A DNA stretch of 64,000 nucleotides, from contig CAVTJJ010000004.1 in the NCBI GenBank assembly GCA_963735035.1, forward strand, positions 928,001 to 992,000, written 5' to 3'. Under the pieces are notes generated by a model that did no database searches, was not told where the DNA came from, and worked only from the letters and a program-made list of their open reading frames with translations. This stretch comes from an uncultured candidate division Zixibacteria bacterium. GTDB lineage: Bacteria; Zixibacteria; MSB-5A5; GN15; FEB-12. The position numbers and the translations under genes are program-made. Below are positions 18,034 through 27,731 of the stretch, one piece after another (within the stretch, counting starts at the first letter, position 1; each line of letters begins with the position of its first letter).

Positions 18034-18335
18034 AGTAGGTTCTCAATTGTTATGACACCTTCGCACTGCTTCGGAAGGACCTCGGAAGAGGTTAGGCCGG
18101 TCCTTGTCCATCTTTGCCTTGCCACCCTGTCTTCAGGGATCCACGGCTGACTAATTCATATATCGGACTAATATGCTGAGTCTTGCGACCCGCCGTCGCG
18201 AGGCCGGCTTTAGAATGCTGGAATACTGCTTTATTGGACACGCCAGCCATTGACGCTCCGTCGGCTAACGCCTCGGAAGAAAATTGGTGGGTCTTAATGA
18301 TAGTTGGACGAGTGAACCATTTATCGAGGAGGTAA
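18034..18335 (+). ncRNA. Candidate structured 5'-leader RNA, copy 1 (no family recognised)
   Basis: Near-identical to 22427-22729; several hairpins plus a long-range helix 18044-18052/18298-18306 that is preserved by compensatory changes in copy 2. Confidence 0.55.
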
Positions 18336-18471
18336 TCCACACGAGGAGAGTAACGACTGCGCGGGACAGGCAGACACCTCGGAGTTGCCGCGTGGGAAGA
18401 TCAACTGGGGTAGGTTTCAGTGTCCAAGACACTGAAGCTGGAATAGGCTAATCTCTTGAAAGGAAACTAGC

Positions 18472-21400
18472 ATGACGAGAAAAGCACTAATTACGTTGTG
18501 CGTAGCAGTGCTGTTGACCGGGTTGCTGACTTTGTCGGCGTGGGCGGCCACGAATACTAAGGTCGACATTGCTGACGGCAAGCAGCTCGACAAGATTAAC
18601 AGCTTCAATGTTGGTCCATATCCGATGGAAGACCGTGCGGCCTTCGAAGAAGATGTGGCATTGCAAAGCACGGCTTCTTCTTCTGGCGCCCTCCGCGTAC
18701 CGGTCGGTTCGGCCGCTTCGCCGAACGTTGGCACCGGTGTGGGCGTCAGCATCGACCTGACCTGGCATGACGCGCAGTGGACTCGTGGCCAAGGTCGCCA
18801 GATCGCTCACTGGTGGAACGGCGCTACCGATGAAACCGCCGAAGTGAGCGTTCATTTTGCTTACATGACTATGCCGGATAGCCTCGAAACCACCGCCCCG
18901 TATACCAACACCGGCTACAACGTGTATGACGCCACGGTGACGTCGGGTAACTGGCCGCGCGGCCAGGATATCGGCTGCGATCTGCAGTCGGCTGACACGA
19001 TCGGACAGGCTGTCGCCGCAAGCATGGATATGACGTATAACGGTCGCGCCGTCATTGCTTCACAGGGCCAACATTTCCGCACCAAAGCCTCCGGTGCCGG
19101 TGCCGGCACACGTCTGAGCAGTAACTTCATCTACTATCAGGGTTCCGAATTCAACTGCACTTACGATCCGCGTTCGAATTTGAACGTTACCTGGATTGAT
19201 TCTACTGTCTACCGGCCGTTGTTCCTGGATCAGACCGCCGGGAGTTATTCGCGTGAGCCTCAGGTCAAGACACAGTGGGATGGCACCAATACGGTTGTGC
19301 ACCTGCTGTTGGGCGAGAATACTGCCGGTGTCACCCTGACCGGTGATGCCTACGCCGATGATCTCTCTTCATACAAGACCTGGAGTTACTTCCGCAAGGT
19401 CGGCAATACGTCCGCCGGTACCTGGAGTTCAGGCCAGATAATTGACTCGATCTGGTTCTCATGGACAGAACTTGCCGCTGCGGCATACCCGAATACAGGT
19501 GTGGCGGTGGTTTATGTCAACCCGTCGTACTACGGGTGTCTGCTTAACAACGGCGCCGATTTGGATGTCTGGGCTCGTGAGTCGTTCAACCGTGGTGTGA
19601 CCTGGCAGCCGGCCTATAGTGTTACCAACTACACCAACGCTATCGCCGGAGACCCGAATCACTTTACTTGCTGGTTGGAAGCCGGTTGTATGTTCGACAG
19701 TGAGGGTGACCTTCATGTTTACTGGACGGCCAAGCCGACCTCGGCCGATCCGTATTTCGACGGCTTTAACTGGAGTGATTTCGACGAGAACCTGTATCAC
19801 TGGGAAAAGACCAACGATGGCGCTGTCCCGGGTATTGGCGATGCCGTCAAGGTTGCCAATGGCAACTTCATGAACGACGACATGCTGACCGGTTCGATGA
19901 ACACCTTCCATTGTGGTTTTGGCGGCAGTAACGCTGGTTACCTCGCCTTCTCTACGATGGGTGAGTGCGATGGCAAGTTGTATATGGTCTGGTCGCAGAT
20001 TCACGAGCGTGCCAACCGGATGGCTTGGCGCAACGCTGCGACGCAGCCGGCTCCGGGCGTCCTGGACGACTGCTCCTACACGGGCAATCGGTATGCCATG
20101 GCCAACTGGGAGATCTTGATGTCGGTGGCTCAGCTCGGTTCTTCCACTCTGTGGGACGCCGCGCGTAACATCACCAACACCTATACTCCGAACTGCGGTT
20201 TGGCGGGCGATCCCGATGCCCAGGGGCCATGCGGTTCCGAATGGAAACCGTCAATTGAGCGTCAGGCCCTCGATGAGACCGGTCTGACTCTGACCTGGCC
20301 GGTCGCGGCCGCAGTCGACATGTCCCCGACGCACGACTATGCTGCTGGTCATTACTTGAACATGGAATATATGGACGACCAGTACCCAGGCCCGACCAAC
20401 TGGAGCGATCGCACCAATCCTCCTTCCACTCTGAACTCTGAGAAGTGGGTTCGTCTGGCCTGCGTGGAGCCGGTTGAGGCTTCGCAGATTAACGTAATTC
20501 CTAAATCAGTAGCGTGGCCGCAGTGGGTGGAGCTTGGCACGACCAAGAACTTTACCATTACGGTCGTGAACGACGGTAACGTGACTTTGAACGTTACTGA
20601 GATCGGCACGGCGGGCGGTTCCTGGCTGGGTGTGTCACAGCATCCGACAATCGGCAGCCCGTTCGCGGTAACGGCCGGTGTGGTTCGCACCCGGACGTTC
20701 GACTTGATTGCCAATGCCACCGCGCTGTCTTCGACCCAGTGGCTGGACGGCGAGATCTGGTTGAAGTCTGATGCCGCCAACAGCGATTCAATTTCGGTCG
20801 CGATTCACCTCCTGGCTGCGGCCAATGTCGAGGCCACGAAGTGGGATACGGTTACGACCCATGCCTATATGTTCGACGCGTTCTTTGAGCCGGCAGGCGC
20901 CTGCGTAGCTCTGGGCGTTGGTAACGACGGTGACCTCGGATGGGGTGCCGGAACCAGCGGAAGTATCAATCTTGATTATCGGGAATCCAATCTCGAGTGC
21001 GGAACCCGCCAGCGCGACGCCATGTATTTGGCGAGCGGCTCGGCCTTTACCTTGATGGCAACCAGTTCGACTGGTACCGGCGCGGAATTGACTCAGGTCA
21101 CAAACGACGCCAACCAGGCGGACGAAACCGGTTTCGACCCGACCCCGGAAAAGACCATGACCGGCGGTCTGGCGGCGAGCGGCAAGTACGACTCGACTTA
21201 CACGGGTAAGTTCGTGAACCGTGACACGACCATCGCTTTTGAGCGGGTAGTGTACGGTCCGCGTTCTGCCACTCCGGCAACTTCCACCATCAATTTCGTG
21301 ATTGTCCACACCTGGGTCTATTCGGCTGACGGTGCGGCCCACAATCACGTCACCATTGGTGATGTTCGTGACTGGGACGTCCCGGCCGACAGCGTTCCGC

Positions 21401-22185
21401 TGAACACGACCGGTGTTTCCAGTGCTGGTTTCGTTTACGTACAGGGTACTGACACGGTTCTTCACACTGCGTGTCAGACGAACTTGAACCGGTTTGCCAC
21501 TGAGGCTTTTGGTGGCGGTTACACCAAGGCTCAGTTCAATGCCGACCCGTGCGCGAACGATTCCACCGGCTATTTTGGTTTCAGCGCAGCCGACCAGTTG
21601 ATCATGGTCGACACGACGCATTATCGCAATGGCACGCCTCTCGTCCCGGTCCAGCCGGATCCGTCTCGTTGGTGGGATGTGACGAAGGTGCCGGGCCTGA
21701 ACGCCGATGCTTCGACTCAGGATCAGGCCGTCTGGTTGACCTACAAGCAGGATTACAACTTGTTGGCCAGCGACACGCTGCACTATTGGACCGTTATGAC
21801 TACGGTTCGCAATGGTTCGTTGTCTGATCTGGAAGCTCAGGTTGCGTATGCCAAGAACTGGTACAAGGAAATTCGAGGCTGCGTACCCATAAATCCGGCC
21901 TGCTGTATAGGGAAGGTCGGCAACGCCAACGGTACAGGCGGCGAGACTCCGACGATCGGTGACATCAGCGTGATGATCGATGCCAAGTTCATCACGGGTG
22001 CCTGTATTCCTTCGGGTCCGGGTGCCAACATCGTTTGTCTAGGTGAAGCTGACATGAACCTGTCCGGTGGACTTCACCCGACCTGTGGATCCATTACGAT
22101 CGGTGACATTTCGCTGTTGATCGACTGTCTGTTCATTACAGGCGAGCCGCCGTTCGTTCGCAGCAACTGTATGTCGGTGGACTAG
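18472..22185 (+). CDS. Large secreted/surface protein, paralog 2
   Basis: RBS GAAAGGA; signal peptide; Asp-box-like RESFNRGVTW; same architecture as paralogs 1 and 3. Confidence 0.85.
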   Translation: MTRKALITLCVAVLLTGLLTLSAWAATNTKVDIADGKQLDKINSFNVGPYPMEDRAAFEEDVALQSTASSSGALRVPVGSAASPNVGTGVGVSIDLTWHDAQWTRGQGRQIAHWWNGATDETAEVSVHFAYMTMPDSLETTAPYTNTGYNVYDATVTSGNWPRGQDIGCDLQSADTIGQAVAASMDMTYNGRAVIASQGQHFRTKASGAGAGTRLSSNFIYYQGSEFNCTYDPRSNLNVTWIDSTVYRPLFLDQTAGSYSREPQVKTQWDGTNTVVHLLLGENTAGVTLTGDAYADDLSSYKTWSYFRKVGNTSAGTWSSGQIIDSIWFSWTELAAAAYPNTGVAVVYVNPSYYGCLLNNGADLDVWARESFNRGVTWQPAYSVTNYTNAIAGDPNHFTCWLEAGCMFDSEGDLHVYWTAKPTSADPYFDGFNWSDFDENLYHWEKTNDGAVPGIGDAVKVANGNFMNDDMLTGSMNTFHCGFGGSNAGYLAFSTMGECDGKLYMVWSQIHERANRMAWRNAATQPAPGVLDDCSYTGNRYAMANWEILMSVAQLGSSTLWDAARNITNTYTPNCGLAGDPDAQGPCGSEWKPSIERQALDETGLTLTWPVAAAVDMSPTHDYAAGHYLNMEYMDDQYPGPTNWSDRTNPPSTLNSEKWVRLACVEPVEASQINVIPKSVAWPQWVELGTTKNFTITVVNDGNVTLNVTEIGTAGGSWLGVSQHPTIGSPFAVTAGVVRTRTFDLIANATALSSTQWLDGEIWLKSDAANSDSISVAIHLLAAANVEATKWDTVTTHAYMFDAFFEPAGACVALGVGNDGDLGWGAGTSGSINLDYRESNLECGTRQRDAMYLASGSAFTLMATSSTGTGAELTQVTNDANQADETGFDPTPEKTMTGGLAASGKYDSTYTGKFVNRDTTIAFERVVYGPRSATPATSTINFVIVHTWVYSADGAAHNHVTIGDVRDWDVPADSVPLNTTGVSSAGFVYVQGTDTVLHTACQTNLNRFATEAFGGGYTKAQFNADPCANDSTGYFGFSAADQLIMVDTTHYRNGTPLVPVQPDPSRWWDVTKVPGLNADASTQDQAVWLTYKQDYNLLASDTLHYWTVMTTVRNGSLSDLEAQVAYAKNWYKEIRGCVPINPACCIGKVGNANGTGGETPTIGDISVMIDAKFITGACIPSGPGANIVCLGEADMNLSGGLHPTCGSITIGDISLLIDCLFITGEPPFVRSNCMSVD

Positions 22186-22226
22186 AATCGACCTCGCAAA
22201 GTCTTTGACTTTGTAGGGTGTGAATA

Positions 22227-22261
22227 AGCGGCCATCCCACATAGGGATGGCCGCTCTTTTT
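22227..22261 (+). terminator. Intrinsic terminator after paralog 2
   Basis: Same hairpin and U-tract as 17833-17867. Confidence 0.85.
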
Positions 22262-22392
22262 GTGCCAACCGGTACGGAGCGCTATCTGAAATCAGGTTCC
22301 GTCGGTATTCCAGTACTTCACACAGAAATATTTTCCACACGGTTCGAACCCGCGTGGCGAGCGGAATTCCAGCCTCTGGATAGATTAAGTGC

Positions 22393-22421
22393 TTGACAAA
22401 CAGGCCGGTAGATGCCATTCT
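22393..22421 (+). promoter_or_regulatory. Sigma70-type promoter for paralog 3
   Basis: TTGACA-17 nt-CATTCT with an extended TG; the spacer differs from copy 1 while the boxes are kept. Confidence 0.65.
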
Positions 22422-22426
22422 TAAGC

Positions 22427-22729
22427 AGTAGGTTCTCGATTGTTTTGACACCTTTGCGCTGCTTCAGAAGGACCTCAGAAGAGGTTAGGCCGGTCCCTGT
22501 CCATCTTTGCCTTGCCACCCTGTCTTCAGGGATCCACGGCTGACTAATTCATATATCGGACTAATATGCTGAGTCTTGCGACCCGCCGTCGCGAGGCCGG
22601 CTTTAGAATGCTGGAATACTGCTTTATTGGACACGCCAGCCATCGACCCTCCGTCGGCTAGTGCCACCGGAAGAAAAATTGGTGCGTCTTAAGGACAGTT
22701 GGACGAGTGAACCTTTAGCGAGGAGGTAA
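22427..22729 (+). ncRNA. Candidate structured 5'-leader RNA, copy 2
   Basis: Near-identical to 18034-18335; long-range helix 22437-22445/22693-22701. Confidence 0.55.
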
Positions 22730-22865
22730 TTCACGCCCTTAGAGTAACATGACTCGTGATGCCAGGTGTTAATTTGCAGGCATCCGTGAGGTATTCAAAA
22801 GGAGAATAGGTTCTCGCGTCTGGAGTGCGGGGACTAAAATCAGCTAATCTTGAAAGGAAACGAGC

Positions 22866-25800
22866 ATGACGAGGAAAGCACTACTTACGTTGTGCGTAGC
22901 GGTGCTGTTGTCAGGGTTGCTGACTTTGTCGGCATGGGCGGCCACGAATACTAAGGCCGATATCGCTGACAGCAAGCAGCTCGATATGATTAACAGCTTC
23001 AATGTCGGTCCGTATCCGGTTGAGTATCGGCAAGCCACCACTGAGATGGGCTTGGAGCCCGTCACCCCGGCCTCTGGCGCTATTCGCATGCCGGTCGGTT
23101 CGGCCGCTTCGCCGAACGTCGGCACCGGTGTGGGCGTCAGTATCGATCTGACCTGGGACGATGCCCAGTGGACCTGGGGCAAGGGCCGCCAGATTGCTCA
23201 CTGGTGGAACGGCGCTACCGATGAAACCGCCGAAGTGAGCGTTCACTTTGCTTATCGGGCCAGCCCGGACACTGTCACCGGATATCCGTTTGGAAATACC
23301 GGCTACAACGTGTACGACGCTACCGTGACGTCGGGTAACTGGCCGCGCGGCCAGGACATCGGCTGCGATCTTCAGTCGGCCGATACCCTGGGTACCGGCA
23401 GCAGCCCGAGTATGGACGTGACCTTCAACGGTCGTGCCGTAATTGGCACCCTGGCTACGCATTTCCGCAGCATCGGCACTGACCGTCTGTATGATAACTT
23501 CATTTACTATCAGGGTTCCGAATTCAACTGCACTTACGATCCCCGTTCGAACCTGAACGTTACCTGGGTCGATTCGACTATGTATCGGCCGCTCATGATG
23601 CAGAACGTTGCGGGTACCTACTCGCGCGATCCGATAGTCAAGACTCAGTGGGATGGAACTAATACGATCACTCATTTGCTCCTGGGTGAAAACGTGGCTG
23701 AAGCCACCAATTTGACCGGTGATGCTTACGTAACCGATCTCGGCTACTATACCTGGACTTATTTCCGCAAAGTCGGCAATACGTCCGCCGGTACCTGGAC
23801 CAACGGCCGGATCATCGACTCGATCTGGTTTGTGTGGACGGAACTGGCTGCCGCCCCGTACCCGAATACGGGCGTGGCGGTGGTTTACACCAACCCGACG
23901 TACTATGGCGCGCTGTTGGAAAACGGCGGTGACATGGACGTCTGGGCTCGCGAGTCGTACGACCGTGGTATTAACTGGGCGCCTTCTTACAGCGTTACCA
24001 AGTACACCAACGCCCTGGCCGGTGATCCGAACCACTTTACGGCCTGGTTGGAAGCCGGCTGTATGTTCGACAGTGAAGGCGATCTTCACGTTTACTGGAC
24101 GGCCAAGCCGACCTCGGCTGATCCGTATTTCGATGGCTTCAACTGGAATGATTTCGACGAGAATCTGTATCACTGGGAAAAGACCAACGACGCTGCCGCC
24201 GTGGGCCTGGGCGATGCCGTCAAGGTTGCCAATGGCAACTTCATGAATGACGACATGCTGACCGGTTCGATGAACACCTTCCATTGTGGTTTTGGCGGAA
24301 GTAACGTTGGTTACCTCGGTTACTCCACGATGGGTGAGTGCGATGGCAAGTTGTATCTGGTCTGGTCGCAGATTCACGAGCGTGCCAATCGGTACCCGTG
24401 GCGCGACGCTGCGACGCAACCGGCTCCGGGCGTACTGGACGACTGCTCCTACACGGGCAATCGGTATGCCATGGCTAACTGGGAGATCTTGATGTCGGTG
24501 GCTCAGATCGGTTCTTCCACCCTGTGGGACGCCGCGCGCAACATCACCAACACCTATACTCCGAACTGCGGTTTGGCGGGCGATCCCGATGCCCAGGGAC
24601 TATGCGGTTCCGAATGGAAACCGTCGATCGAGCGTCAGGCTCTTGATGAGACCGGTCTGACTCTGACCTGGCCGGTCGCGGCCGCAGTCGACATGTCCCC
24701 GACGCACGACTATGCTGCTGGTCATTACTTGAACATGGAATATATGGACGACCAGTTCCCAGGTCCGTACGCTTGGGGGACGGGACGTACCAATCCTCCC
24801 GGTACTCAGAACTCTGAGAAGTGGATTCGTCTGGCTTGCGTCGAGCCGGTTGAGGCTTCGCAGATCGACGTAATGCCGGAGAACATCGCGTGGCCGCAGT
24901 GGGTGGAGCTTGGCACGACCAAGAACTTTACCATTACGGTCGTGAACGACGGTAACGTGACTTTGAACGTTACTGAGATCGGCACGGCGGGCGGTTCCTG
25001 GCTGGGTGTGTCACAGCATCCGTCGGTTGGCAGCCCGTTCACGGTGACGGCCGGTGTGGTTCGCACCCGGACGTTCGACTTGATCGCCAATGCCACCGCG
25101 TTGTCTTCGACTCAGTGGCTTGATGGCGAGATCTGGTTGAAGTCTGATGCCGCCAACATCGATTCAATTGCGGTCAAGGTTCACATCCTGGCCGCGGCCA
25201 ATGTTGAGGCCACGAAGTGGGATACGGTTACGACCCACGCCTATATGTTCGATGCGTTCTTTGAACCGGTAGGCGCTTGCGTAGCTCTGGGCGTTGGTAA
25301 CGACGGTGACCTCGGATGGGCCGCCGGAACCAGCGGAAGTATCAACCTTGATTATCGGGAATCCGGTCTCGAGTGCGGTACTCGTCAACGCGACGCGATG
25401 TATTTGTCGAGCGGCTCGACCTTTACCTTGATGGCGACCAGTTCGACTGGAACCGGCGCCGAGTTGACGCAGGTCACGGGCGACGCCAACCAGGCGGACG
25501 AAACCGGTTTCGACCCGACCCCGGAAAAGACCATGACCGGCGGTCTGGCGGCGAGCGGCAAGTACGACTCGACTTACACGGGTAAGTTCGTGAACCGTGA
25601 CACGACCATCGCTTTTGAGCGGGTAGTGTACGGTCCGCGTTCTGCCACTCCGGCAACTTCCACCATCAATTTCGTGATTGTCCACACCTGGGTCTATTCG
25701 GCTGACGGTGCGGCCCACAATCACGTCACCATTGGTGATGTTCGTGACTGGGACGTCCCGGCCGACAGCGTTCCGCTGAACACGACCGGTGTTTCCAGTG

Positions 25801-26561
25801 CTGGTTTCGTTTACGTACAGGGTACTGACACGGTTCTTCACACTGCGTGTCAGACGAACTTGAACCGGTTTGCCACTGAGGCTTTTGGTGGCGGTTACAC
25901 CAAGGCTCAGTTCAATGCCGATCCTTGCGCGAACGATTCCACCGCCTATTTTGGTTTCAGCGCAGCCGACCAGTTGATCATGGTCGACACGACGCATTAT
26001 CGCAATGGCACGCCTCTCGTCCCGTTCCAGCCGGATCCGTCTCGTTGGTGGGATGTGACGAAGGTACCGGGCCTGAACGCTGATGCCTCGACTCAGGATC
26101 AGGCCGTCTGGTTGACCTACAAGCAGGATTACAACTTGTTGGCCAGCGACACGCTGCACTATTGGACCGTTATGACTACGGTTCGCAATGGTTCGTTGTC
26201 TGATCTGGAAGCTCAGGTTGCGTATGCCAAGAACTGGTACAAGGAAATTCGAGGCTGCGTACCCATAAATCCGGCCTGCTGTATAGGGAAGGTCGGCAAC
26301 GCCAACGGTACTGGCGGCGAGACTCCGACGATCGGTGACATCAGCGTGATGATCGATGCCAAGTTCATCAGCGGTGCCTGTATATCTTCGGGTCCGGGTG
26401 CCAACATCGTTTGTCTAGGTGAAGCTGACATGAACCTGTCCGGTGGACTTCACCCGACCTGTGGATCCATTACGATCGGTGACATTTCGCTGTTGATCGA
26501 CTGTCTGTTCATTACAGGCGAGCCGCCGTTCGTTCGCAGCACCTGTATGTCAATAGACTAA
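22866..26561 (+). CDS. Large secreted/surface protein, paralog 3
   Basis: RBS GAAAGGA; signal peptide; Asp-box RESYDRGINW; long stretches identical to paralog 2. Confidence 0.85.
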   Translation: MTRKALLTLCVAVLLSGLLTLSAWAATNTKADIADSKQLDMINSFNVGPYPVEYRQATTEMGLEPVTPASGAIRMPVGSAASPNVGTGVGVSIDLTWDDAQWTWGKGRQIAHWWNGATDETAEVSVHFAYRASPDTVTGYPFGNTGYNVYDATVTSGNWPRGQDIGCDLQSADTLGTGSSPSMDVTFNGRAVIGTLATHFRSIGTDRLYDNFIYYQGSEFNCTYDPRSNLNVTWVDSTMYRPLMMQNVAGTYSRDPIVKTQWDGTNTITHLLLGENVAEATNLTGDAYVTDLGYYTWTYFRKVGNTSAGTWTNGRIIDSIWFVWTELAAAPYPNTGVAVVYTNPTYYGALLENGGDMDVWARESYDRGINWAPSYSVTKYTNALAGDPNHFTAWLEAGCMFDSEGDLHVYWTAKPTSADPYFDGFNWNDFDENLYHWEKTNDAAAVGLGDAVKVANGNFMNDDMLTGSMNTFHCGFGGSNVGYLGYSTMGECDGKLYLVWSQIHERANRYPWRDAATQPAPGVLDDCSYTGNRYAMANWEILMSVAQIGSSTLWDAARNITNTYTPNCGLAGDPDAQGLCGSEWKPSIERQALDETGLTLTWPVAAAVDMSPTHDYAAGHYLNMEYMDDQFPGPYAWGTGRTNPPGTQNSEKWIRLACVEPVEASQIDVMPENIAWPQWVELGTTKNFTITVVNDGNVTLNVTEIGTAGGSWLGVSQHPSVGSPFTVTAGVVRTRTFDLIANATALSSTQWLDGEIWLKSDAANIDSIAVKVHILAAANVEATKWDTVTTHAYMFDAFFEPVGACVALGVGNDGDLGWAAGTSGSINLDYRESGLECGTRQRDAMYLSSGSTFTLMATSSTGTGAELTQVTGDANQADETGFDPTPEKTMTGGLAASGKYDSTYTGKFVNRDTTIAFERVVYGPRSATPATSTINFVIVHTWVYSADGAAHNHVTIGDVRDWDVPADSVPLNTTGVSSAGFVYVQGTDTVLHTACQTNLNRFATEAFGGGYTKAQFNADPCANDSTAYFGFSAADQLIMVDTTHYRNGTPLVPFQPDPSRWWDVTKVPGLNADASTQDQAVWLTYKQDYNLLASDTLHYWTVMTTVRNGSLSDLEAQVAYAKNWYKEIRGCVPINPACCIGKVGNANGTGGETPTIGDISVMIDAKFISGACISSGPGANIVCLGEADMNLSGGLHPTCGSITIGDISLLIDCLFITGEPPFVRSTCMSID

Positions 26562-26619
26562 GCATGTCTCTTGACTGAAGTTGAGCTGGTGAAATCGCTG
26601 ATTTCGCCGGCCATGAATA

Positions 26620-26654
26620 AGCGGCCATCCCAACTGGGATGGCCGCTTTCTTTT
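26620..26654 (+). terminator. Intrinsic terminator after paralog 3
   Basis: AGCGGCCATCCC-AACT-GGGATGGCCGCT-TTCTTTT. Confidence 0.85.
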
Positions 26655-26740
26655 CTTGCAAGCCTCGTGCGGTTTCACAAGAAGGTCTCCCAAATTGGGG
26701 CTTGAGTATCCCCGGTGGGTCTGTTACCTTCCCTGCCCAC

Positions 26741-27646
26741 ATGACCGAGTCCGGAACATATCTAGGTGAAGCGCTGGCCCTGATAACGGCTGTGGTCTGG
26801 GCGCTAGCTGTAGTTTTCTTCAAGAAGAGCGGCGAGCAGGTACATCCGGTCGGTTTGAACGTGTTCAAGAACCTGCTCGCGGCTGTTCTTCTCATTCCGA
26901 CCGCCTGGCTGTTCGGTGAAACGCTGCTTCGTCCGGTACCGGCCAGCGAATATATGCTGCTGCTGCTCAGTGGCGCACTTGGAATAGGCATCTCCGATAC
27001 CCTGTTCTTCATAAGTCTGAACACCCTGGGGGCAGGACTTTCGGCAATTGTCGACTGCCTCTACAGTCCTTTCGTTATCCTGTTTTCGATCATTCTCCTC
27101 GATGAACGGCTGACCCCGTGGCAGATCGTGGGCGTCGTCATGATTCTTTCGGCGGTGCTGTCAATTCTGGTGGAACGGCACGACGCCAACGTTCCCCGTC
27201 GAAGGATATTCCTCGGCATTCTCTGGGGAGCTCTGGCTATGGTGACCACCGCTCTGGGGATCGTGATTATCAAGCCGCTGTTGACCCGATCACCTTTGCT
27301 GTGGGCCACCGAAGTCCGCATGGTCGGAGGGTTGATAGTCCTCGCCCTTGTCCTGGCGGTTCTTCCGTACCGACGCCAGGTGCTCAAGTCGATTCTGTCT
27401 CGACGGAGGTGGCAGTTCACGGTCACCGGATCCCTGCTGGGAGCCTACGTCGCCATGATCCTCTGGTTGGCGGGAATGAAATTCACACAGGCGGCGACCG
27501 CGGCGGCGTTGAACCAGACCAGTAATGTCTTCGTTTTCATATTTGCCGCCCTGGTTCTAAAAGAGAAGATCACCAAAGTTAGAATGATCGCCATTTCGCT
27601 GGGCATAGCCGGAGCCTACCTGGTTACTTTCGGCGGTCCGTTCTGA
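26741..27646 (+). CDS. DMT/EamA-family transporter
   Basis: About 10 hydrophobic helices, GE.LAL.TA..WA start, two EamA halves (L.E.L, LKEKI). Start placed at MTESG, after TTGAGT-17-TACCTT (26702-26730). Confidence 0.88.
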   Translation: MTESGTYLGEALALITAVVWALAVVFFKKSGEQVHPVGLNVFKNLLAAVLLIPTAWLFGETLLRPVPASEYMLLLLSGALGIGISDTLFFISLNTLGAGLSAIVDCLYSPFVILFSIILLDERLTPWQIVGVVMILSAVLSILVERHDANVPRRRIFLGILWGALAMVTTALGIVIIKPLLTRSPLLWATEVRMVGGLIVLALVLAVLPYRRQVLKSILSRRRWQFTVTGSLLGAYVAMILWLAGMKFTQAATAAALNQTSNVFVFIFAALVLKEKITKVRMIAISLGIAGAYLVTFGGPF

Positions 27647-27731
27647 GGCCTGGGACATCCCTGTTGACTTGCCGGCGCGGGCCACGTTTCTTTACCAGGA
27701 TTGTTAATTCAAACCGATAGGATACTGCTAC

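Noticed and set aside
18034..18335. Known RNA class (tmRNA, RNase P, SRP, 6S, cobalamin/TPP/c-di-GMP/T-box riboswitch)
   Set aside because: None of their hallmark motifs could be found by eye. An Rfam search is still needed.
18092..18340. Minus-strand ORFs (also 22485-22667) as small genes
   Set aside because: They are antisense to the promoter-driven leader, have different lengths and starts in the two copies, and show no RBS or motif. Their similarity follows from the DNA duplication.
22911..24419. Long antisense ORFs (also 20788-21783, 25164-26159, 48977-49963, 50528-51373)
   Set aside because: They are shadow frames of well-supported genes with GC-rich third codon positions and contain no motifs.
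14064..26561. Diversity-generating retroelement behind the paralog variation
   Set aside because: There is no reverse transcriptase in the window. The differences include indels and are not adenine-specific, and the repeats are whole genes rather than a TR/VR pair.
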